From an uncultured Candidatus Saccharibacteria bacterium (GTDB lineage Bacteria > Patescibacteriota > Minisyncoccia > UBA6257 > WO2-44-18), in assembly GCA_964545345.1 (NCBI GenBank), contig CAZJFE010000001.1, positions 15,360 to 79,359 on the forward strand: a DNA stretch of 64,000 bases. The letters are read 5' to 3'. This document shows, in pieces, positions 7,794 through 18,309 of this stretch (positions are counted from its first letter, which is position 1; each line of letters begins with the position of its first letter). A program made the translations under genes and the position numbers. Below the pieces are notes generated by a model that saw only the letters and a list, made by a program, of their open reading frames with translations, was not told the DNA's origin and did no database searches.

Positions 7794-9899
7794 TTATGCT
7801 TCATTGCTGGGATCCTCAACCGGCATCTCTGGGTTAACCGCGAAGACTTCTCTTGGTTTGGCGCCTTCTCCCGGACCGATTACTCCCTTCTCCTCCATGA
7901 TATCCAGCAAACGAGCGGCGCGGGCATAGCCGACTTTCAAACGGCGTTGGAGTAGTGAAGCAGAAGCTTTCTGCGCCTCGGTCACTACCCGAATCGCTTC
8001 TTGATACAGCTCATCATCAGCTTCATCACCATCATCCATATTCTCCAGGAAGTCGGTCGGTTCATTTTTCATTGGCAATCCCTTGCCTTCCGGAATTTCC
8101 GCTGTCATGTCGGCGAGTTCATTATTTTCTTCAATGAATCGCGAAACACTCTTAATCTCTTCTTCTGATATATAAGCGCCCTGAATACGTTTCGGTTTGG
8201 AGAATTCCGAAGAGATGAAGAGCATATCGCCACCGCCCAGAAGTTTCTCCGCTCCCGCCATGTCTAAGATGGTACGCGAATCTACCTGACTGCCGACCTG
8301 CATGGCCATTCTAGAGGTAATGTTGGCTTTGATTAGGCCGGTAACAACTTCCACTGAGGGACGCTGGGTGGCTACCACTAGGTGAATTCCGGTGGCGCGG
8401 GCCATTTGGGCGAGTCGTACGATGGATCCCTCAATTTCCTTTCCATAGGCCGCCATTAAATCGGCCAGCTCATCAATAATCATCACCAAATAGGGTAGCG
8501 GCGGAGAATTTTTTTGGTTGTAGGATCGAATATCGCGGGCTCCGGCGTTCAAGAGAATTTCATAACGGTTTTCCATCTCTTTAATCGCCCAGCGGAATAA
8601 ACCGACAGATTTTTTGCCCTCTGTTACCACCGGAGCAATGAGGTGGGGAAGCCCGCCATAAACAGAAAGTTCCACCCTTTTCGGATCCACCATCGCCAAT
8701 CGTAAAGTGGCGGGGGAGTTTTTATATAGGAGTGAAACGATTAAGGAGTGAATGCCCACACTTTTCCCGCTACCAGTGGCTCCCGCGATCAATAGGTGAG
8801 GCATCTTTTCAATGTCGGCCATGATCGGCTCACCACTGACGCCGCGCCCGACGACGAAGGCCAGCGGACCGGAATCTTTGAATTCCGGATAGGCAATCAG
8901 ACTTCCCAATCGTACGATTGCCGCTGATTTATTAGGCACTTCAATACCAACAAGCGATTTTCCCGGAATCGGAGCTTCAATGCGGATTGGGTGAGCCGCT
9001 AACGCGAGCGACAGATCGGAGTTGAGTGAGAGAATTTTAGTCACCTTTACTCCTTCGGCCGGCTTTAGCGTGTAGCGAGTAACCTTCGGGCCAATATTGA
9101 TTTCCCCCATTTCCACCGGAATGCCGAAGCTATCCAAAGTTCGTTTGATTATATTGGCGTTGGCTCGTAAGTCGCCAGAGGTGGGTTTTTCTACTGAAGA
9201 TTTCAGCAAGGAAGCCGGCGGGGCTACATAGTTGCCGTACTCTTTGATTTTTAATTCTACTTTCTTTTTTGCCGGCGCCGCGGATTCGGTTACCGGTAAG
9301 TCCTCTTCTTCGCCTTCTTCTTCGTCCATCTCCTCTTCGTCATCCTCATCAATGTCATCATCTTCTTTGCCGCCTCCCGTCATCCGGAGTTCTTTAACCG
9401 GCTCAACGGATTTTTTGGTTAGGCGCTCCTCCTTTTCTTCTTCTGAGAGACGACGGAATTTTATTGAGGCGTTAAAAGTCAGCAGCAGTGAGGCGGCCAA
9501 AAGGAGAAAGGCCACTATAATGGAAGCCGTATAACCAAATGGCACTTCCAGAAAACCGACGATCTTTCCGGCCATGCCGCCACGGCCATCAAGTAGAATA
9601 TCCAAAAGTCCCAGGCCGGATACGATAAACATTATCGCTCCAATCACGCTGGTGGTGATAAACATTCTTTGCCTTGAGAGGAAAAAGGTGGCGGCGACGA
9701 TGATGGCGATGGTCGGCAACAGGTAATAACCCCAGCCAAACATTTTGTCCAGAACCAAGTAGGCGAATTCACCAACCGGGCCGGCTTTGTGGAATGCCGA
9801 AAGCAATAGGAGCGCCGCCATGCCAAGGAGAAAGATAGCGATGATGCTGTTTTTGGTTTCCGGGCTGACTCTAGGGGTTTTTTTATCGCGTTTTGCCAT
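7794..9899 (-). CDS. ftsK: DNA translocase FtsK/SpoIIIE
   Basis: N-terminal TM helices, acidic linker, motor domain with HLLIAGATGSGKSVGIHSLIVSLLYK Walker A and C-terminal gamma domain. Confidence 0.95.
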   Translation of the reverse strand: MAKRDKKTPRVSPETKNSIIAIFLLGMAALLLLSAFHKAGPVGEFAYLVLDKMFGWGYYLLPTIAIIVAATFFLSRQRMFITTSVIGAIMFIVSGLGLLDILLDGRGGMAGKIVGFLEVPFGYTASIIVAFLLLAASLLLTFNASIKFRRLSEEEKEERLTKKSVEPVKELRMTGGGKEDDDIDEDDEEEMDEEEGEEEDLPVTESAAPAKKKVELKIKEYGNYVAPPASLLKSSVEKPTSGDLRANANIIKRTLDSFGIPVEMGEINIGPKVTRYTLKPAEGVKVTKILSLNSDLSLALAAHPIRIEAPIPGKSLVGIEVPNKSAAIVRLGSLIAYPEFKDSGPLAFVVGRGVSGEPIMADIEKMPHLLIAGATGSGKSVGIHSLIVSLLYKNSPATLRLAMVDPKRVELSVYGGLPHLIAPVVTEGKKSVGLFRWAIKEMENRYEILLNAGARDIRSYNQKNSPPLPYLVMIIDELADLMAAYGKEIEGSIVRLAQMARATGIHLVVATQRPSVEVVTGLIKANITSRMAMQVGSQVDSRTILDMAGAEKLLGGGDMLFISSEFSKPKRIQGAYISEEEIKSVSRFIEENNELADMTAEIPEGKGLPMKNEPTDFLENMDDGDEADDELYQEAIRVVTEAQKASASLLQRRLKVGYARAARLLDIMEEKGVIGPGEGAKPREVFAVNPEMPVEDPSNEA

Positions 9900-9974
9900 T
9901 TTTTGTTCTGTTGTACCGGTTGTCTATCATTATAATGGTTTTGCAAAGTTTCCGACATACTTTAGTATAGAAAC

Positions 9975-10550
9975 GTGGCCAATATTCCTAAAAAATTAGT
10001 TATCGGTTTTGATATGGACGGCGTTATTATCAATAACTATAAAAACAAAATTTCTCTCGCTAAGAAATTCGGGTTTGATTTGAAGCTGGAGGATACCCCG
10101 GCGGAGCGATTTCACGCTGTAGTGCCGGAAGTAATTCTCAACCAAATGCGCCCTCTATTGTATGACGATCCGGAGACGGCGCTGAAAGCTGAAACCGTTC
10201 AGGGCGCCATTGACGGGTTGAGGCGAGTTCGGGAATCGGGGATTCCTTATTTTTTGATCTCTCGGAGGAGGAACTGGGCGATGGCTGTCCGTTCACTTGA
10301 GCATCATGATCTTTGGCCAAGGTTTTTCAATCAGAAGAATGCCTTTTTCGTTTTTGAGCCGGAAGACAAAGACGAGCGGGCCAAAGCCCTAGGAATAAAT
10401 CTTTACGTAGATGACCAGCCGACTGTTTTAGAAAAGTTAGTTTCGGTAGAGAGCCGGATTTTGTTTGATCAATTCGGAATCTTTGGTAAGCCAAACTTCC
10501 CGCATAAAAAAGTTTCTTCTTGGGGGGAGTTGTTACCTAACATATTTTAA
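9975..10550 (+). CDS. HAD-superfamily hydrolase (nucleotidase-like)
   Basis: HAD motif I GFDMDGVII; 191 aa. Confidence 0.6.
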   Translation: MANIPKKLVIGFDMDGVIINNYKNKISLAKKFGFDLKLEDTPAERFHAVVPEVILNQMRPLLYDDPETALKAETVQGAIDGLRRVRESGIPYFLISRRRNWAMAVRSLEHHDLWPRFFNQKNAFFVFEPEDKDERAKALGINLYVDDQPTVLEKLVSVESRILFDQFGIFGKPNFPHKKVSSWGELLPNIF

Positions 10551-11884
10551 TGAAGGAGGTAATTTTCAAAGCTTACGATGTTCGTGGCCGTTATCCCGAC
10601 GAGATCAATGAAGAGGCGGTTGCGGAGACTGCTTCTGTCTTAGCGAAGCGTTGGAAGAAGGGGAAAGTCTTGATTGGCCACGACGCCCGACTAAGCTCCC
10701 CCTCTCTATACAAAGCGATTTCCCGGTCGCTTGTCGTTGGCCGTAAGTCGTTGGTCGTCGTTTCCCTCGGCGAGTGCACCACTCCGATGTTTTATTTCTG
10801 GTGCCACAGATTAAAATCACCCGGAATTATGATTACTGCTTCTCACAATCCCAAAGATTTTAATGGCTTGAAAGTCGTTGGACCCACCGGGGAGGTTATT
10901 AGTGGCTCGGAAATTAAGAAATGGATCCCGTTAGAAACCGCGCCCGCGCTTGCGCGCCCCGGAGGGGCTGTGGGGCGGGCTGTTTCTAACGGGATGGATT
11001 ATTTAAAACCCTATGTTGGTTTTCTAGAAAAGAAGGTGAAATTAGCCGGTCCGCTGAGTGTGGTTTTTGATTGCTTCAACGGCGTGACTGGCATTGTGGT
11101 TAGTAAACTAAAAGCAAATGGTTTGAAAGCGAGAGTTTTGAATCACCAGCCCGATGGGCGTTTCCCCGCGCATGGGCCGAATCCGATGTTGTCGGACGCT
11201 TTAAGTCAGCTGAAAAAAGAAGTTAAAAAACAAGAAGCCGATTTCGGAGCGGCTTTTGATGCCGATGGCGATAGGGTTTTCTTTGTTGACGACCGCGGAA
11301 GGGAAGTCCCTAGCGACGCGGTGTTGGGTTTGATTAGTCAGGCATTCCGCGGACCAATCGCGGTGGACGTTCGCGCCGGTTATTTGGCGAAAGAGTTGAT
11401 GGGAGCCGGCGGGAAAAGGATTATTGAATCCCGGGTCGGGCATTATTTCTTCAAAAAGCTTATGAAGGCCAAGAAAGCCGGATTCGGCGGTGAGATGTCC
11501 GGGCATTACTATTCATCTTTAGCGCCGGGTAAGTTTTTTGATTCGGGAATCGCCGCGGCGCTTTATTTCGCCAACGAAGTATCCGAGCTGAAGAGATTAG
11601 GCGGTAAGCTTTCTGATTGGTTGGATAGTTTACCGAAATATTATCGTTCCGGTGAGTCAAATTTTGTCATTCGAGATAAAAATGAGGTGATTAAGGAAGT
11701 TAGTCGGAGGTACTCCAGGATGGCTAGGAAGATTTCCAGAAAGGACGGGTTGAAAATGGAATTTGCCGATTGGTGGTTTATTATTCGCCCATCGCAAACC
11801 GAGGATTTTCTCCGATTGAACTTGGAGGCGAAAGATAAAAAAGTTTTTCAAAAACGACTTGCCGAACTGCGCCGGTTTTTCTAA
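10550..11884 (+). CDS. Phosphohexomutase (phosphomannomutase/phosphoglucomutase/GlmM family)
   Basis: Active-site TASHNPKDFNGLK, metal loop FDADGDR, 444 aa. Confidence 0.85.
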   Translation: MKEVIFKAYDVRGRYPDEINEEAVAETASVLAKRWKKGKVLIGHDARLSSPSLYKAISRSLVVGRKSLVVVSLGECTTPMFYFWCHRLKSPGIMITASHNPKDFNGLKVVGPTGEVISGSEIKKWIPLETAPALARPGGAVGRAVSNGMDYLKPYVGFLEKKVKLAGPLSVVFDCFNGVTGIVVSKLKANGLKARVLNHQPDGRFPAHGPNPMLSDALSQLKKEVKKQEADFGAAFDADGDRVFFVDDRGREVPSDAVLGLISQAFRGPIAVDVRAGYLAKELMGAGGKRIIESRVGHYFFKKLMKAKKAGFGGEMSGHYYSSLAPGKFFDSGIAAALYFANEVSELKRLGGKLSDWLDSLPKYYRSGESNFVIRDKNEVIKEVSRRYSRMARKISRKDGLKMEFADWWFIIRPSQTEDFLRLNLEAKDKKVFQKRLAELRRFF

Positions 11885-11920
11885 ACTCACAGTAGTTTCT
11901 TTAGAGAAAGAGGAGGCTAG

Positions 11921-12706
11921 GTGAAAATCTTCGACGGCCGTTTGTTGTCCAAGAAAATTCTGGAAAAGTTGAAATCTTGTCCGAAACCGGCTCAACAGCT
12001 GGCGATTCTCGTGCCGCACACTAACGACAGTCCTAGTGAGGGGTTTCTTGCGGAAGTCCGCGGTTCTGCTCAATCACTGGGATTAAGGGTTAGAGTTCAT
12101 TACAAAACTCCGTTTGCCACAACCGATGAATTCATCAACGACTTAAATCGCTTGGCGGCGGATCCGGAAGTCGGTGGAATAGTTTTGATCTTGCCTCTGC
12201 CGGAAGGCGTTGATCGTGAGAGGGTTTTGAAAGCAATCTCTATCGGTAAAGATATTGATGCGTTGAATCCTGACAACAGCACGGTCGTTTCTCCCGCGAG
12301 TTTGGCGGTGAAACATATTTGGCAAGAATTATATAACGACTTAGACCCTGATGTTTGCTGGGAGATGGCGGTGGTGGGCCGAGGTTTGTTAATCGGGAAA
12401 CCAATTGCCGAAATGTTGAGGAAAGAAGAGCAAAATGTAACGGTTTATAACAGCAAAACTCCGCTGGAAGGATTGAAGAAAGCGATGATGGTGATTTTGG
12501 GGACGGGAGTTCCGAAGTTGGTGTCTCCTAGTATGTTGCAAGAAGAAGCGATCGTGATTGATTTCGGATATCCCGGAGATTTTGATCACGCTCACCCGGA
12601 GGCGGATAAAATTTCTTGGTATGTTCCGGCTAAAGGTGGCACTGGACCCCTGCTAGTGGCCTGTTTGTTGGAAACCTTCTACCAATTGACAGGAAGTCTC
12701 AAATAA
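11921..12706 (+). CDS. FolD-like paralog (methylene-THF dehydrogenase/cyclohydrolase fold), divergent N-terminal motif; GTG start
   Basis: VVGRGLLIGKPIAEML and PAKGGTGPLLVACLLETFY match FolD; N-terminal substrate/Lys motif region is diverged relative to the second copy at 38346. Confidence 0.6.
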   Translation: MKIFDGRLLSKKILEKLKSCPKPAQQLAILVPHTNDSPSEGFLAEVRGSAQSLGLRVRVHYKTPFATTDEFINDLNRLAADPEVGGIVLILPLPEGVDRERVLKAISIGKDIDALNPDNSTVVSPASLAVKHIWQELYNDLDPDVCWEMAVVGRGLLIGKPIAEMLRKEEQNVTVYNSKTPLEGLKKAMMVILGTGVPKLVSPSMLQEEAIVIDFGYPGDFDHAHPEADKISWYVPAKGGTGPLLVACLLETFYQLTGSLK

Positions 12707-12794
12707 GTTATTATCTTCCCGGTTCGTAAAGAGGCAATTCAGTCCATCGTGGATTGATCGCCTGAGCTTCGTACGTTGATTCAAGGAGGAAGAA

Positions 12795-13280
12795 ATGGGT
12801 ACTGGTAAGAGACTTTGGAAGCTCGTTGCCGTTCTCGTTATTGTTTGCTCTCTCTCAGGATGCATGGGTAGCGCCGGAGGTCTCGGCTGGAGTCTGACTC
12901 CTTATGGAGGTATCGGCGGCAACACCGATCGCAGCTATCAGAAGGGCTTGAGTTGGCAGGCTGGTGTCTCGGTCACCTTTTTTAACCAGTTCCCTGGCGC
13001 TCCGGCGGTTCCACAGTTCCCCGGCTACTACCGAAACGATGTGCACGTAGATAATACCAACAACAACAGCAATACCCAGAGTCAGACACAGAATCAGTCC
13101 CAAAGTCAGTCGCAGTCTCAGGAGCAGGGCCAGAGTCAGACGACCCTTCCTCCGCCTTCGGGTGGCGATGGAGATGATGACGAGGACTGCGAAGGCAAGG
13201 ATCACGGGCATGGTCATGATCATCATGATGACGATCACCCTGGTCATGGACACGGTCACGATTGTGACGACGACGATTAG
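12795..13280 (+). CDS. Lipoprotein with Gln/Ser repeat linker and His/Asp-rich C-terminal tail (putative metal-binding)
   Basis: Signal peptide with lipobox LSGC; QSQTQNQSQSQSQSQEQGQSQ; tail KDHGHGHDHHDDDHPGHGHGHDCDDDD; SD aaggagg. Confidence 0.7.
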   Translation: MGTGKRLWKLVAVLVIVCSLSGCMGSAGGLGWSLTPYGGIGGNTDRSYQKGLSWQAGVSVTFFNQFPGAPAVPQFPGYYRNDVHVDNTNNNSNTQSQTQNQSQSQSQSQEQGQSQTTLPPPSGGDGDDDEDCEGKDHGHGHDHHDDDHPGHGHGHDCDDDD

Positions 13281-13294
13281 TTTAATAACAAGCT

Positions 13295-13323
13295 CGCCCC
13301 TCAGAAGAGGGGCGGTTTTTTAT
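13295..13323 (+). terminator. Rho-independent terminator between convergent genes
   Basis: gcccctc-agaa-gaggggc then ggttttttat. Confidence 0.7.
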
Positions 13324-13325
13324 CT

Positions 13326-13892
13326 CTAAAATAGTGTCGCCGGCAGAATTTCTTCTTTCCAATTGAACTCGGCTTTTGTCGGTTGATCCGAATTTCTTTG
13401 GGGTACCATCAGGTGCCCCTGTTTTTTTGCTAAATCGTATAATTCTTTGGTGATTTTTACGTCGTTTAAACAATAGGCCGCCAGCTCATCCAGTTTGCCT
13501 TCATTATATAAGCGGATTGCTTCTAAGCCGGTGGAGTGGGTTTTCCCAACGCCTAAATTAGTTTTTGCCAGGGCGTCTAAACTAATCCTATGGCCCAAAA
13601 CCAATTCAATCTCATCTAGCAAATCCAAACGTGGCAATGCAAAGATATTAAATTTGCAATGTTTTTCCAAAACCGGCAAATCAAATCGATTGATACTAAA
13701 GCCAATTAAAAGCCCCGCTTTTTGAATGAGCGAGGCGAGTTTGTCCATTTCGTTTTCTGCAAACGAAAGGTACTTGTCTTGATTATAGGAGTAGACGCCA
13801 ACGAAAGAGACATCCAATTTCCCTACATTATGGTGACCGCCGACATCGGCAAAGCTATTTTTGGTTTCAATATCAATTACTAATTTATCCAT
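13326..13892 (-). CDS. DEDD-family 3'-5' exonuclease (DnaQ/RNase T-like fold)
   Basis: Exo I motif VIDIETKN, later YCLNDVKIT (Exo III-like Y..D); 188 aa. Confidence 0.6.
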   Translation of the reverse strand: MDKLVIDIETKNSFADVGGHHNVGKLDVSFVGVYSYNQDKYLSFAENEMDKLASLIQKAGLLIGFSINRFDLPVLEKHCKFNIFALPRLDLLDEIELVLGHRISLDALAKTNLGVGKTHSTGLEAIRLYNEGKLDELAAYCLNDVKITKELYDLAKKQGHLMVPQRNSDQPTKAEFNWKEEILPATLF

Positions 13893-13908
13893 AATTCAAC
13901 GGAGTCGC

Positions 13909-14394
13909 CTAAACGTGCTTGTCGGCAACGCTAGAGGCGGCATAGCTATCCGGCTTGGTTTTGACTTCAAAGTTATTAGCGCGGATCATTCCGACCAGTT
14001 CTTGGATCATCTTTTTGGTTTCGCCATTTTGCCCGATATCAACGTGAATCGCGAAATCAAATTTAGGGGCATCGGAAAAGGCCGCGAGTCCCTCTGAGAA
14101 TTTATGGGCGGCATCAAGGGAAATAAGCACCTCTCGGGTGATGCGATCCCGCAGCGAGTGAAATTTAACTACATCGCCGCTTCTGGTCCAGAAATAGCGA
14201 GCTCCCTTGCCGATCCGATGCACGACGATTGCCGTGACGAAATCCGCTTTTTGGTCGGCATTGGCTTGTGAGTCGGTACCGATTGTAACCCGGTAATCCG
14301 AAAGCCGGTCATGCTTCATAAAGTCCACAATTTGCTGGAGCACTTGATCGGCGCTAAGCGGGAACGGGATACTGCTATTGAAGTATTTATCCAT
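13909..14394 (-). CDS. YkuK/DUF458-family RNase H-like protein
   Basis: VTIGTDSQ...FVTAIVVHR pattern typical of DUF458; 161 aa. Confidence 0.45.
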   Translation of the reverse strand: MDKYFNSSIPFPLSADQVLQQIVDFMKHDRLSDYRVTIGTDSQANADQKADFVTAIVVHRIGKGARYFWTRSGDVVKFHSLRDRITREVLISLDAAHKFSEGLAAFSDAPKFDFAIHVDIGQNGETKKMIQELVGMIRANNFEVKTKPDSYAASSVADKHV

Positions 14395-14453
14395 CGGTTA
14401 TAAACTACCCCTTTCTGCGTGCTTTGTAAAGAAGCTATATATAATATATATGT

Positions 14454-15623
14454 ATGCGTAAAGTTTATCTAGACCATGCCGCCTCAACGCCGGTTGATCC
14501 AAGGGTGGAGGCATCCCTTCGCCCTTATTTTGGCAAATATTTTGGCAATCCCCATTCAATTCACCAGTTTGGTCAAGCAACTTCCCGGGCCGTTTTTGAG
14601 GCGCGCAAGGATTTGGCTCAGGCAATCGGCGCCTCTCATGAAGAGATCGTTTTTACCGGTTCGGCTACCGAAGCTAATAATCTGGCGATCCGGGGTATTT
14701 GGAAGGGGCTGAGGGGTCGCGCCAATCTCAAAAAGCCCAGGATTATTACTTTTTCTTTGGAGCATGAATCTATATTGAACACCTGCAAAGATTTAGCCAG
14801 TGAAGGAGTGGAGACAATCGTCATTCCTTCCGATCGCCAGGGGTTTATAGATCTCGCGAAATTTAAAAAGGCGCTAAACGCCGATACTTTTTTGGTTTCC
14901 GTGATGCACGCCAATAACGAGGTTGGCACTATCCAGCCAGTAGCCGCCATAGCGGCTGAAATTAGAAACTGGAAACTGAAAACTAAAAGCGACATATTTC
15001 CGGTTTTGCACACCGACGCTGTCCAGTCTTTTCAGTATTTGAATTCGGACGTGAACGGTTTAGGAATTGATCTTATGACACTTTCTGCCCATAAAATTTA
15101 TGGACCGAAGGGGGTCGGAGCTTTATATGTCAGGGAATCCATTCGGGCGATGATGCGCCCCATCATCACTGGCACAGGACAGGAAGGAGGTCTGCGTTCA
15201 GGCACTGACAATGTTCCCTATATGGTGGCGTTCGCCAAAGCGGCGGGGTTGGCGGTTAGTTTGAGGGCTAAAGAATCCGCGCGAGTTCAGGTTCTGCGTG
15301 ATTATTTTTGGAAACAACTAAAGAAGCTCGGACCCAAGGTTTTACTAAATGGATCGCTGGAGAATCGGCTTCCCAACAATTTGAATATTTATTTTCCCGG
15401 ACACAAAGCCCATGATTTATTAATTCAGTTGGATTTGTTGGGTATCGGAGTTTCTCCCGGGGCGGCCTGTTCATCCAGGGTTTCCAAGGGATCTTATGTA
15501 TTGGAAGAGATGGGATTTCCACCGGCGCGCACTTCTGGAAGTCTAAGGTTTAGTCTTGGCAGAGCGACTAAAAAAGCCGATATTGATTATACAATTTCTG
15601 TTATAATGAAAGTATTGGGATAG
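14454..15623 (+). CDS. Cysteine desulfurase (class V aminotransferase, NifS/IscS-like)
   Basis: YLDHAASTPVDPRV N-term, PLP-Lys region SAHKIYGPKGVGALYVR, active-site loop SPGAACSS. Confidence 0.9.
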   Translation: MRKVYLDHAASTPVDPRVEASLRPYFGKYFGNPHSIHQFGQATSRAVFEARKDLAQAIGASHEEIVFTGSATEANNLAIRGIWKGLRGRANLKKPRIITFSLEHESILNTCKDLASEGVETIVIPSDRQGFIDLAKFKKALNADTFLVSVMHANNEVGTIQPVAAIAAEIRNWKLKTKSDIFPVLHTDAVQSFQYLNSDVNGLGIDLMTLSAHKIYGPKGVGALYVRESIRAMMRPIITGTGQEGGLRSGTDNVPYMVAFAKAAGLAVSLRAKESARVQVLRDYFWKQLKKLGPKVLLNGSLENRLPNNLNIYFPGHKAHDLLIQLDLLGIGVSPGAACSSRVSKGSYVLEEMGFPPARTSGSLRFSLGRATKKADIDYTISVIMKVLG

Positions 15624-15632
15624 TGTTGGTAA

Positions 15633-15661
15633 TTGCAATGAGCTCTTTTTAGTGGTATAAT
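15633..15661 (+). promoter_or_regulatory. Sigma70-like promoter (TTGCAA-17-TATAAT) upstream of clpB
   Basis: ttgcaa 15633-15638, tataat 15656-15661. Confidence 0.55.
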
Positions 15662-15684
15662 TTCAACTAATTTCACACTCATTT

Positions 15685-18309
15685 ATGCCATCATTTAATC
15701 GTTTCACTATCCGAGCCCAAGAAGCGCTTCAGAGCGCGCAGGAACTTGCCGCCCAGAGAAGCCATGGAGAATTCAGGGTGCTTCACCTCCTGCACGCGCT
15801 ATTACAAGATGAACAGACCCTAGTTCGCCCTATTTTAATCAAGGCGGGTATTAACGTTGAGACATTACAGAGGGAGATAGAGTCAGAGATGAAGAAAATG
15901 CCGAAAATAGTTACGGCCGCCAGTGTTGGTCAGCTTTATCTTTCACCGGAATTGATGCAGGTATTGGAAAAGGCGGGGAAAATAGCTATTTCGCAGAAGG
16001 ATGAATTTATTTCCTGCGAGCACCTGCTTTTGAGCATTATGGATGCTTCTTCTGCCGCCCAAAAACTGCTGGAGAAATTTGGTTTGAAGCGAGATTCGGC
16101 TTTTCGAGTGCTCGCGCAACTGCGCGGATCCACCCGGATTACCGACGAGACCCCTGAAAGCAAATTCCAGGTTTTAGAAAAATATGCGGTTAATTTAACT
16201 GAAAGAGCCAGAGATGGGAAGCTGGATCCGGTTATCGGAAGACAAGAAGAATTAAAGCGTTTGATCCAGGTTCTGAGCCGTCGCACTAAGAATAATCCGG
16301 TTTTGATCGGCGAGTCGGGTGTGGGCAAGACGGCAATTGTTGAGGGGTTGGCTCAGCGGATTGTCGCCGGCGATGTTCCGGAGACCCTTAAAGATAAAGA
16401 GATAATCATGCTTGATCTGGGATCTTTAATCGCGGGAACCAAGTTTCGTGGAGAATTTGAGGATCGATTAAAAGCTTTCGTAAAAGAGATCCAAAACGCC
16501 GCGGGTCGCTTGATCCTATTTATAGATGAGATTCATATGATAGTAGGCGCCGGTTCAGCCGAGGGAGCGATTGATGCTTCAAATCTTTTAAAGCCGCCAT
16601 TGGCGCGAGGTGAGTTGCATGCTATCGGCGCGACGACGATTAGAGAGTATCAGCGGCATATTGAGAAAGACCCGGCCTTAGAGCGTCGCTTTCAGCCGAT
16701 AATGGTAGAGGAACCAACCGCGGATGATGCCATGGCTATTTTGCGTGGCTTGAAAGAGAAGTATGAGATGCATCACGGTCTGCAGATCAGCGACGAAGCC
16801 ATCGTTACCGCCGTTAATCTATCCTCTCGCTATATCACCGATCGGTTTTTGCCGGATAAAGCGGTGGATTTGATTGATGAAGCGGCGGCGGCTCGTCGAT
16901 TGGAGACCGAAAGTTTGCCATCGGAGTTGGATAAAGCTCGGAGAGAAATTACCAAGCTGGAAATTGAGCAATCCGCTATATCCCAAGAGCCATCTCCTAA
17001 AAATAAAAGCCGCATTAAGGTGATCAACGCGACCCTCGCTAAGCTTAAAGAAAAGAATGACGATTTGTCCGCTTCCTGGCATGCCGAGAAGTTGGCTTTT
17101 GAGGGTCTGCATAATTTGCGCAAGAAGATAGAAGATCTTAAGAGGCAGGCAGAATTAGCTGAAAGGGAAGGTGATTTAGAGGCCGTGGCACAGATTATAT
17201 ATGGAAGCTTGCCTCAAGCCGAGAAAGATTATAAGAGTTTTACTAAAAAACACTCAAAGTCTTCTAAAAATGAGGGTTTTATTAAAGAAGTGGTGGACGC
17301 GGAAGATATTGCCGCGGTAGTTTCCCGTTGGACCGGTATCCCGGTTAGCCGAATGTTGGAATCTGAAGCCCGCAAGCTCTCCAGAATTGAAGATGCTTTA
17401 ACTAAGCGAGTTGTTGGCCAAGAAGATGCTATTGGAGCGGTTTCCAATGCTCTCCGTAGAGCTAGGGCCGGTTTATCTGATGAAAATCGCCCGTTTGGGT
17501 CATTTATGTTCTTAGGTCCAACCGGTGTAGGTAAAACTGAGTTGGCTAAAGCTCTGGCGGAGTTTATGTTTAACGATGATAAGGCGCTTATTAGGATTGA
17601 TATGTCGGAATACATGGAGAAACATTCCGTGGCACGCCTCATCGGTTCCCCGCCTGGATACGTTGGTTTTGAGGATGGCGGTCAACTTACCGAGTTGGTG
17701 CGGCATCGTCCGTACAGCTTGATTCTCTTTGATGAGATTGAGAAGGCCCATCCGGAAGTCTTCAACATTTTGCTTCAAATATTGGATAACGGGCGTCTGA
17801 CTGATAGCAAGGGCAAGGTGGTTAACTTCAAGAACTCCATCATTTTGCTTACCTCTAATGTTGGCAGCCATTATTTTAAGGCCATGTCCGGAATTGGTTT
17901 TTCCGGGGCGTCTGATTCAAGAGAGAGTCCTCAGGAAGATGATTTTAAAGGTAAGGTGTTGGATTCCCTGAAGCGCACTTTTAAGCCGGAATTTTTAAAT
18001 CGGCTGGACGAATCAATTATTTTTCATCCGCTGACTAGGAAGGATATCGCCAAGATTGTTGATTTGCAGATTGAGAAGGTAAGAGAGCGGTTAAAAGAGA
18101 GAGAAATTACCTTGAATGTTGAGCCGTCAGCCCGTCAATATATAGTAGACAATGGATTTGATCCGGAGTACGGAGCTCGGCCGATCAAACGGCTGATTCA
18201 GAAAGTGATTTTGGATAAGCTGGCCGACAAGATTATCGGCGGTGAAATTAAAGATGGAGATAAAGTTAAAATTGATTTCTCTCAATCCGCAATTAAGGTT
18301 AGCGTTTAA
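15685..18309 (+). CDS. clpB: ATP-dependent chaperone ClpB
   Basis: Clp N domain, two AAA+ modules ([18 protein letters not shown]; [17 protein letters not shown]), long coiled-coil middle domain. Confidence 0.97.
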   Translation: MPSFNRFTIRAQEALQSAQELAAQRSHGEFRVLHLLHALLQDEQTLVRPILIKAGINVETLQREIESEMKKMPKIVTAASVGQLYLSPELMQVLEKAGKIAISQKDEFISCEHLLLSIMDASSAAQKLLEKFGLKRDSAFRVLAQLRGSTRITDETPESKFQVLEKYAVNLTERARDGKLDPVIGRQEELKRLIQVLSRRTKNNPVLIGESGVGKTAIVEGLAQRIVAGDVPETLKDKEIIMLDLGSLIAGTKFRGEFEDRLKAFVKEIQNAAGRLILFIDEIHMIVGAGSAEGAIDASNLLKPPLARGELHAIGATTIREYQRHIEKDPALERRFQPIMVEEPTADDAMAILRGLKEKYEMHHGLQISDEAIVTAVNLSSRYITDRFLPDKAVDLIDEAAAARRLETESLPSELDKARREITKLEIEQSAISQEPSPKNKSRIKVINATLAKLKEKNDDLSASWHAEKLAFEGLHNLRKKIEDLKRQAELAEREGDLEAVAQIIYGSLPQAEKDYKSFTKKHSKSSKNEGFIKEVVDAEDIAAVVSRWTGIPVSRMLESEARKLSRIEDALTKRVVGQEDAIGAVSNALRRARAGLSDENRPFGSFMFLGPTGVGKTELAKALAEFMFNDDKALIRIDMSEYMEKHSVARLIGSPPGYVGFEDGGQLTELVRHRPYSLILFDEIEKAHPEVFNILLQILDNGRLTDSKGKVVNFKNSIILLTSNVGSHYFKAMSGIGFSGASDSRESPQEDDFKGKVLDSLKRTFKPEFLNRLDESIIFHPLTRKDIAKIVDLQIEKVRERLKEREITLNVEPSARQYIVDNGFDPEYGARPIKRLIQKVILDKLADKIIGGEIKDGDKVKIDFSQSAIKVSV

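Noticed and set aside
9232-9534. 100-aa poly-Ser ORF on the plus strand
   Set aside because: It is antisense to the acidic (Glu/Asp-rich) linker of ftsK. The codon complement of a GAA/GAT run gives a TCx run.
10975-10995. Copy of ttctaacgggatg (core of the cassette inverted repeat) inside the phosphohexomutase gene
   Set aside because: Only 13 nt match, it is in-frame coding (VSNGMDY), and it has no partner repeat. This is a coincidental match.
12855-13259. 134-aa minus-strand ORF
   Set aside because: It is antisense to the His/Asp/Gln-repeat lipoprotein gene and is itself low-complexity.
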